Positions 57,601-64,000 of a stretch of 64,000 nt of DNA are shown here, piece after piece; within the stretch, counting starts at the first letter, position 1, and the number at the start of each line of letters is the position of its first letter. Below the pieces are notes generated by a model. The model was not told the DNA's origin, did not search any database, and worked only from the letters and a program-made list of their open reading frames with translations. The DNA is from Orbicella franksi (taxonomy: Eukaryota): the NCBI GenBank assembly GCA_964199315.1, contig OZ116700.1, positions 6,262,001 to 6,326,000 on the forward strand. Direction: 5' to 3'. The position numbers and the translations under genes are program-made.

Positions 57601-60542
57601 GCTCAAGGGTATCCTCGGGTGGCAAGAATCCGCTGAACAACTTGAGTGCAGGCGCAGGGTTACGTGGAGGACAGACCCATTCGACTTTGCGCCTGCACTC
57701 ACCTCGCACGGCGGCTTTCTAAAGCGAAGGTTTCAACCCTCTTTTAGAGAGGAGAGAGCCTTTATTCGTCTTGGGCTCATTCTGGGGAAGGGTAAAGATT
57801 TAAGGGCCATCAAGATGAAGCTAATCCCAGAATTGGGATTTCAGTTTTTATAACTTTTCAGAGGTTTGCGGTTTATATTACCTATCCTCCAGTTTTTATA
57901 TTAACTAAAACATTAGCAATGGAAAGCACTTTAAATTTATTTAATTTAATTCATAAATCCTAGATCCGTGTCAATCAAATTTTCAAATAACAGGGAACTA
58001 ATCTTTGAAGGAAATGGGAATGGATGCCAATGGCATGATGCAACAAAGAAGAAAGTGCATTTCTGGCAACATGATTTTATCGAGCTCCTCAGTTAATGAT
58101 GGCTGCTGTTCAATATTAAATATGGCACTAGATATCGGAGAAGCTTTTGACCTCTCCACATACAAATATTTCTAACATTATTCACCTCCAAAACTTTGGA
58201 TAACAAATGGAATAATGTACTGTGGATGTCAAGTTTTGGTTATAGAGAGGACATAATGAAGCTGTGAGAATCAAAGCACTACTATATTAAGGATGTTAAC
58301 AAGACCTTCATCATACACATTCAGGACGGAGTAAATAAAATGTAATTAAGTTTAATAAATATTATTTGTAACTATTCTAACGACTGGTGATGCCTTTTAT
58401 AAGCTTTACTTATTGTATATATTTACTACCTATAGTCTGTTACTCTAAATTAATCCCCTTTCCCCCATCCCTGACACACAATTCCAAGGGAAATCACAAT
58501 AGTACTAACAGGGGTGATTAGTAGACTGCCTCCTTTTAGAATTTTCATTTCAAATTTGCAGTTGCTATAAAACATTATGGTACACTGTACCTATCAAAAA
58601 CTAGATTAACAGCCAACTTGGCTGTGCTGTATTTAAAACTACAGTGAAACCTATAGTAATTAGCAGACCCCATATTAAATGGACAACCTCTATTAACTGG
58701 ACACCAGCTTGAGTCCCTAAATGTCCTTCTCCCATTTACTGTAAAATAAACCTGCATTTAGTGGACACCTCTGTTAAGCGGACACAGACACCAATATTAT
58801 GCCATTTTGTTGCACAAAACCTGCAATAAGCGGACACGCCAAAGACTACTAAAAGCTCAGCTCAGACTCCTTTAATTCCTGTGGCCAGGAGCATAACTGA
58901 GAGTCCACTAATTGAAAGTGTCTGTTTATAAGTAGCAGTTGACTATTCAATACAACAGATATTTAACACAAAAGCCACCATAATGACTAAGGTTTAAAAG
59001 CAATCACATTATAATTAGCTGCATAAACAAGTGCTCTATTTATAACTTCCTATGAATGTTGTTAATTTACATGGCAGCTTCTGAGTTGTATTAAACAATA
59101 AAGCTCAATAATTTACTGTATCAATTTAAAGGTCCTTTCTGTCCTTGATTTAAGAGTAGCTAATGAACCCAAGTTGGGAAATTCCTTAGAGTAGACCAGT
59201 ACCCCATCCAGACAGAGTACTCCTGGACAGTCAGTAAACACCACTTTCTCTTGCCACTGGGCTCTGAAAGAATCTTTCAGAAGGTATTCCCGTATTTATC
59301 AGAATTACGGCTCACTTAATTAATTTCCAATACATGTACATGTAGACATTCTCAGGGCATATTCCATCAAAGCAAGGCTCATCTGGATCGTATTATTTCA
59401 GAGTACTGCTTGGAAAAGTGAAGGTAATCCATAGCATAAAGTGCCTGGGAGAGATGATACTCCTCCTGGATGAGAAACCTCAGCATTTTGTTAGTTTGCC
59501 GTAAAAGTTTGCCGGTACCCATTTCTGCTTCTGCATGGAGAGTAGCATTGCAAGTGTGAAGTTGTATGCTGAAGAACACATAATCTTGAACAGTGACCCA
59601 GCTAGCACATGTACATGTACCTGGTCAGGCCACTGCATCTATTTCGAAAACTAAACACAAATTCTGTCTTATCCATGATTCAAGAATTAAATCAGTGAAA
59701 AATTTCTTCACTGAATCCCAAGCCAGGCAGTCACTTGAACTAAGAAGTCAGCAACATACTTATTCTTGAGAAAATTCATCTGTAATCATATACATGTATC
59801 AGCCAAGTAATTCCTGATTAAAATATACTAATCTGTTTCTAATTCTTATAACTAACATAGAGCATAAAAATATTACTGCTTCAGTTTCTCTGTTCTTCCA
59901 TTTAATCATTAGCATGTTTTTCCACGAATTAAGAGGCTAATTGTGGTTCCCTTGTTGAGGGAACGACTCACTGAAACAGAGAGGATCTAAAGGCACCAAT
60001 CAGAGCTGTTGAAAACCAACCAGTTCTTGGTGGATACAGTGGAACCCCGTCTTACGGCCACCTCATCAATACGACCACCTCATTATTATGGCCACTTTAT
60101 TCCAGTCAGAGCAAAAGCTCAGTCAGTCATTTTCATATTTCAAGAACCCCTTAATACAGCCACCCTGTTAATATGGCCGAATTTTTGTGGCCCATTGGTG
60201 ACCAGATTAACAGGCTTCCACTGTGACAGGTAAACACTTAACCTCATTGTCTAGTGAGGGTAGCAGTATACAGTTGAAATGCTGTGATCTAAATCACAAT
60301 GGTTTATGGTACATGTAGATTAACATGATACAATTTGTCATTCCAATCAATTGGCTGACTTTTCTTTGCCTTAGTAGTACCAAAAACATAAACATTACTC
60401 TAACAGATTATTACAAAACAGGCCAATGTTTATCCACAAAGTCATTTTCTCAACAAATTTGGGCCCAGTCATACATAACAGTTGGAAAATGTACATGCAA
60501 ACTTGCCTTTGCTCCATCTCCAAGTCAAACCTCTTAAGAATT

Positions 60543-61682
60543 CTAGGAACTCCAGTTGTAGAAATAAATCTTCTGCCATGTTGGAAGGTAGTCTAACAGT
60601 GGATTGAGTGCAAAAGATAATCCTGGAACAGTGTCACTCATGAACTTCAGGAAACCAAGAATCCTTGTTTTTGAGTAGGTATCATAAAATGGAGACCTCA
60701 AAAGATAAAACAGAAGAAGAAGTGTTCTTCTTGACAGCTCTGATCTTTCCTCTTCACTGAAGTCGCTTGAGTCACCCATAGCTGCTAATGATGTCACATC
60801 AACTCCGCAAGAAAGCAACCAAGGTTTCCATGAAGCTTGTCCAAACACAAACATACTTGTGATGTGGATCAGAGGTCTGCAGATGTACAGACTTTCTGCG
60901 AACAGTCTTCTGTTGGACAGATCTGTTGGTTGAAATACTCTTTTTGATTCAGAAGTTTCCTTTGGGAGCTTCCAAGAACGCGAGGAGCCACTCGATGTGG
61001 CACTTAGGGACCTTACAAGTCTTCCTGACCGAGCACCTCTCCAAACTGACTCCGCGGGAACAACGTCGGTTTGTTCGTCTTCTTCTTCGGGTTGTGCTTC
61101 TTCTAACTCTTCCCCACTTCCGGCATTTGTTGAATCTTCGTCAACTGCTTCCTCGCGCTTCAAGAGGCTAGATCGGTCAAGGGGAGGAATGAGAGGCGTC
61201 CTCTGAACGCCCGATTTATATTTGAAGAGCAGGACGAATCTCAAAGCTGCCTTTGCGATCTGCAAGATGACGACAATGATCCATTTGCCTGCTTCTCCCC
61301 ACAAGCGGCTTGCACCCAACTCAATAAACACTTCTAAATATTCAACCACAGTCAACCATAACAAGATGCGGTGTCGTTTAACACAAGTCACATCACAGGT
61401 AACCTTGCTTTTCCCTTCACGAAATATCCCATCGTTTAACAGAGTAAGAAGCTGTGAGGCTGAAAACACGAGCTCCGACAATGCTTCTGAAGCTCCAAAC
61501 CGTCCGGAAAGAATGTACGACAGCGCACGCAAAACAGACTCGATCTTCGAAATGGTCTCTGGATTGTGTAGAACAAATCTTCGATACTTCTTCTGAAGAA
61601 CGATTGCTTGTGATGTTCCCAGCGTTATCAATTCTTGCGTTTTTTGGAGCAAATTCGAAAGACTCACATTTCCGTCCGCCAT
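60543..61682 (-). CDS. PEX16: Peroxisomal membrane protein PEX16, single exon, 379 aa
   Basis: aaaATGGCGG start; NPETISKIESVLRALSYIL, SELVFSASQLLTLLND, WLTVVEYLEVFIELGA, LLYYL-like LLLFYLLRSPFYD and PLLDYLPTWQKIYFYNW match PEX16. Confidence 0.92.
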   Translation of the reverse strand: MADGNVSLSNLLQKTQELITLGTSQAIVLQKKYRRFVLHNPETISKIESVLRALSYILSGRFGASEALSELVFSASQLLTLLNDGIFREGKSKVTCDVTCVKRHRILLWLTVVEYLEVFIELGASRLWGEAGKWIIVVILQIAKAALRFVLLFKYKSGVQRTPLIPPLDRSSLLKREEAVDEDSTNAGSGEELEEAQPEEEDEQTDVVPAESVWRGARSGRLVRSLSATSSGSSRSWKLPKETSESKRVFQPTDLSNRRLFAESLYICRPLIHITSMFVFGQASWKPWLLSCGVDVTSLAAMGDSSDFSEEERSELSRRTLLLLFYLLRSPFYDTYSKTRILGFLKFMSDTVPGLSFALNPLLDYLPTWQKIYFYNWSS

Positions 61683-61960
61683 TTTACTTTCGATTTTGAG
61701 TGACCTTCTGCGCATGACGGATGATTTTCTTGTAAACCATCTGGAACCTGGGTACGAATCCGACCGAAGTCCACGAATAGATGGTTTCCACTGTCACGAA
61801 ACGAAAAAATAAATCGAAAACTATTCAGTGGATAAAGTCAAGAAATTGTAATGTTATAGGAGATAGGTAAAGAAGACATTTCTCCAAGTTTTGGGTCTTC
61901 GCGTTTTCCCAAACTTCGGATATTCGTCGAAATGTTTTGCGCAAATTTACAAAGCCCAGT

Positions 61961-62083
61961 TAGCATGCGAACAGGCTACCGGCGAGGACGGAAAAAAATT
62001 TCGGCGAGGACGAAACAGAAGAATTCGGAGAGCAAAGCGATCGGGGCTTCGTTCGGGCTCACCGGGAACCTGTTCGCAGGCTA
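61961..62083. mobile_element. 123-bp TAG...CTA MITE nested in another repeat, 9-bp TSD with 1 mismatch
   Basis: TAGCATGCGAACAGG / CCTGTTCGCAGGCTA; flanks AAGCCCAGT / GAGCCCAGT. Confidence 0.68.
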
Positions 62084-62200
62084 GAGCCCAGTACGGAGTC
62101 GCCATGTTGGTGGAGCTCTGTGCTCCACCAATATGGCGGCCGGAAAATTAAATAATGCAAACATCTGAAACTTTCTTTGGCTATCTAGGCGACTGATTAT

Positions 62201-62613
62201 CTGAACTGAACCAACAAACATTTACAGATACTGTAGAAAAGAATGTCCTAAACTTGTTTTATTTCAGTCTATTTTGGTAATAAGTGTGTGTTATGAAGTT
62301 ATAGTGTTACATTCACAAACGGCAAGCAGAACATCTGCTAAGACATTGAAGAGGTAACGAAAAATGACAGCTGACGATGGGCCAAAAAAGATTAAATACA
62401 ATAGAACACCGCTATCTCGAGCTCTTAAGAGAAATAAAAATTAGCCGGAAAGGTTAATCAATGGTAACGAGTGAAATTAGGAAATAATTTCACGAGTATA
62501 CTAGTTGATGATCTTGTAATATCCTGAACTGAACCAACAAACATTTACAGATACTGTAGAAAAGAATGTCCTAAACTTGTTTTATTTCAGTCTATTTTGG
62601 TAATAAGTGTGTG
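62201..62613 (+). repeat. Local direct duplication of about 90 bp (62201-62290 and 62524-62613)
   Basis: CTGAACTGAACCAACAAAC...GGTAATAAGTGTGTG occurs twice, essentially identical. Confidence 0.9.
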
Positions 62614-64000
62614 TGTAATAAGTGTGTGTTATGAAGTGTGTTATTATGTGTGTTATCATTATTATTATGACAAATTACACTTACAATCCTGGCAAATGAT
62701 TGCTGCGACTTGTTTATTGTATTGAGAAATTTCGCGCCAAACGTTGGCATGGCAATTTTGTAATTTCACATGTGAAATTGCAAATTAGCGCTGAAATTTC
62801 TCATTTAGGAGAAAAAAACTGATTTAGGAGTAATTTGTCAACTCTGATATTATTCAAGATATTGGGGTCAGACGAAGTCGATAGCTTGGAGTTCGAAATA
62901 ACCAATTTCGAGAGAAAGCGAGGTTTTTATGTTTTATTTTTTTTTTTTCCGATTTGAGCCTCAAAATATTCTTAACATGCTCTTACGTCCCACAATATTT
63001 GAAAACTTGCTTGCTAATTTTAACAATGTAAATATATTGAAATTGAAGTTCTGCGTGGTTACTATTATCAAATATGCATTTAAACAATTAGGGCTCAGCT
63101 GACCTGGGTATATATCTACTTTTGTGTAAATGTTAACTTTTGCTTTACATATTTTTCGAAAGGAAAATTTAATTGAAGTATTTTTTAATAGCTCTTGGCT
63201 GTCTTAACTTGAATGATTTCTTAGCATGTTCTTGAAAACTTTGATCATAGTTCAGTGACAGAGGGGATTGGTTTTGTGATGAAACCAGAAAAAGTTTTTT
63301 GTTGTATGTTTTTGTTCGCTTCTTGTGGCCATGACCGTGCACAAAACACAATGGACAATGCATGCCCGCGAGAGCCACTAACCGATAGAACGGTTTCGGT
63401 TACGTTTGTCATGCATATTACGTCAGCCGAAAACAAAAGTTTGCGCACGCGCGGTTGTGGATCTCCCAACACACATCTTGTCATCTCTGTTACTTCGTTT
63501 GAAGTTTGCCGGGCTTCATATAGCTATTCTTCTTTATTTACTATACTTAATCAGCATTCTCGCAAAATAAATTTTTACAAAAAGAGTTTTTATAAAAATA
63601 AGGGTGTAACTGCAATCCCCCGCCCAATGAAACCCTCCCCCCAATGAATCCTTTTTTTAACAAAAATAAGTCACGTCAAACGTGCAATATGCGCTTTCTT
63701 TATGGTACAAATTCCGTATAAATATCAGAAAACAACACAACACGCCATTAACTTTTCTCTCAGTTCTTACAATTGCATTATTATCTTGCAGGAACAGCTG
63801 TTTGCCAAGGCTTTTTAGATTTATTTCACATCGTGACTGATTTTGAACGAACTAACTATTAACACTTTCTCGACTCTCGATACTTTATAAACAACTATTT
63901 GGAAAAAAATCTAATTACGTCCGGAAAACTGCTGAACCTGCGTAAGCTCTACTCAAAATATGTTTTACACGTAGCACTTATTTCAGTCTTTTCTCTACGA

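Noticed and set aside
63169-63647. Overlapping ORFs at the window end as a gene
   Set aside because: No recognisable motifs or consistent splice structure within the window.

Overview
Eukaryotic, intron-rich, AT-rich genomic DNA, most likely a stony coral or other anthozoan (inferred from gene architecture and repeat types; not database-checked). 1-15.4 kb is a dynamic cluster of coiled-coil + TKL-like protein kinase genes. A >3-kb block (tail of a probable upstream kinase, promoter, MGNT micro-exon, 5' coiled-coil) occurs twice at about 95-98% identity in sampled windows, but each copy runs in frame into a different, highly divergent coiled-coil/kinase 3' half. Copy A is disrupted by a TGA and a near-intact TTAA-targeting (Kolobok-like) transposon just before the HRD motif, and carries an intron-containing pogo derivative in intron 1. 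Copy B looks intact. The rest of the window holds an SLC16 transporter, an intronless tropomyosin-like gene with an acidic Pro/Glu tail, a 21-exon YARS1 with EMAP-II domain, TFG head-to-head with an NSUN3/4-like methyltransferase, a prostanoid-receptor-like GPCR and an intronless PEX16. These are interspersed with MITEs, SINEs and LINE fragments. No CRISPR array, rRNA or bona fide tRNA gene was found. All exon models were built by eye from GT-AG sites and frame continuity.
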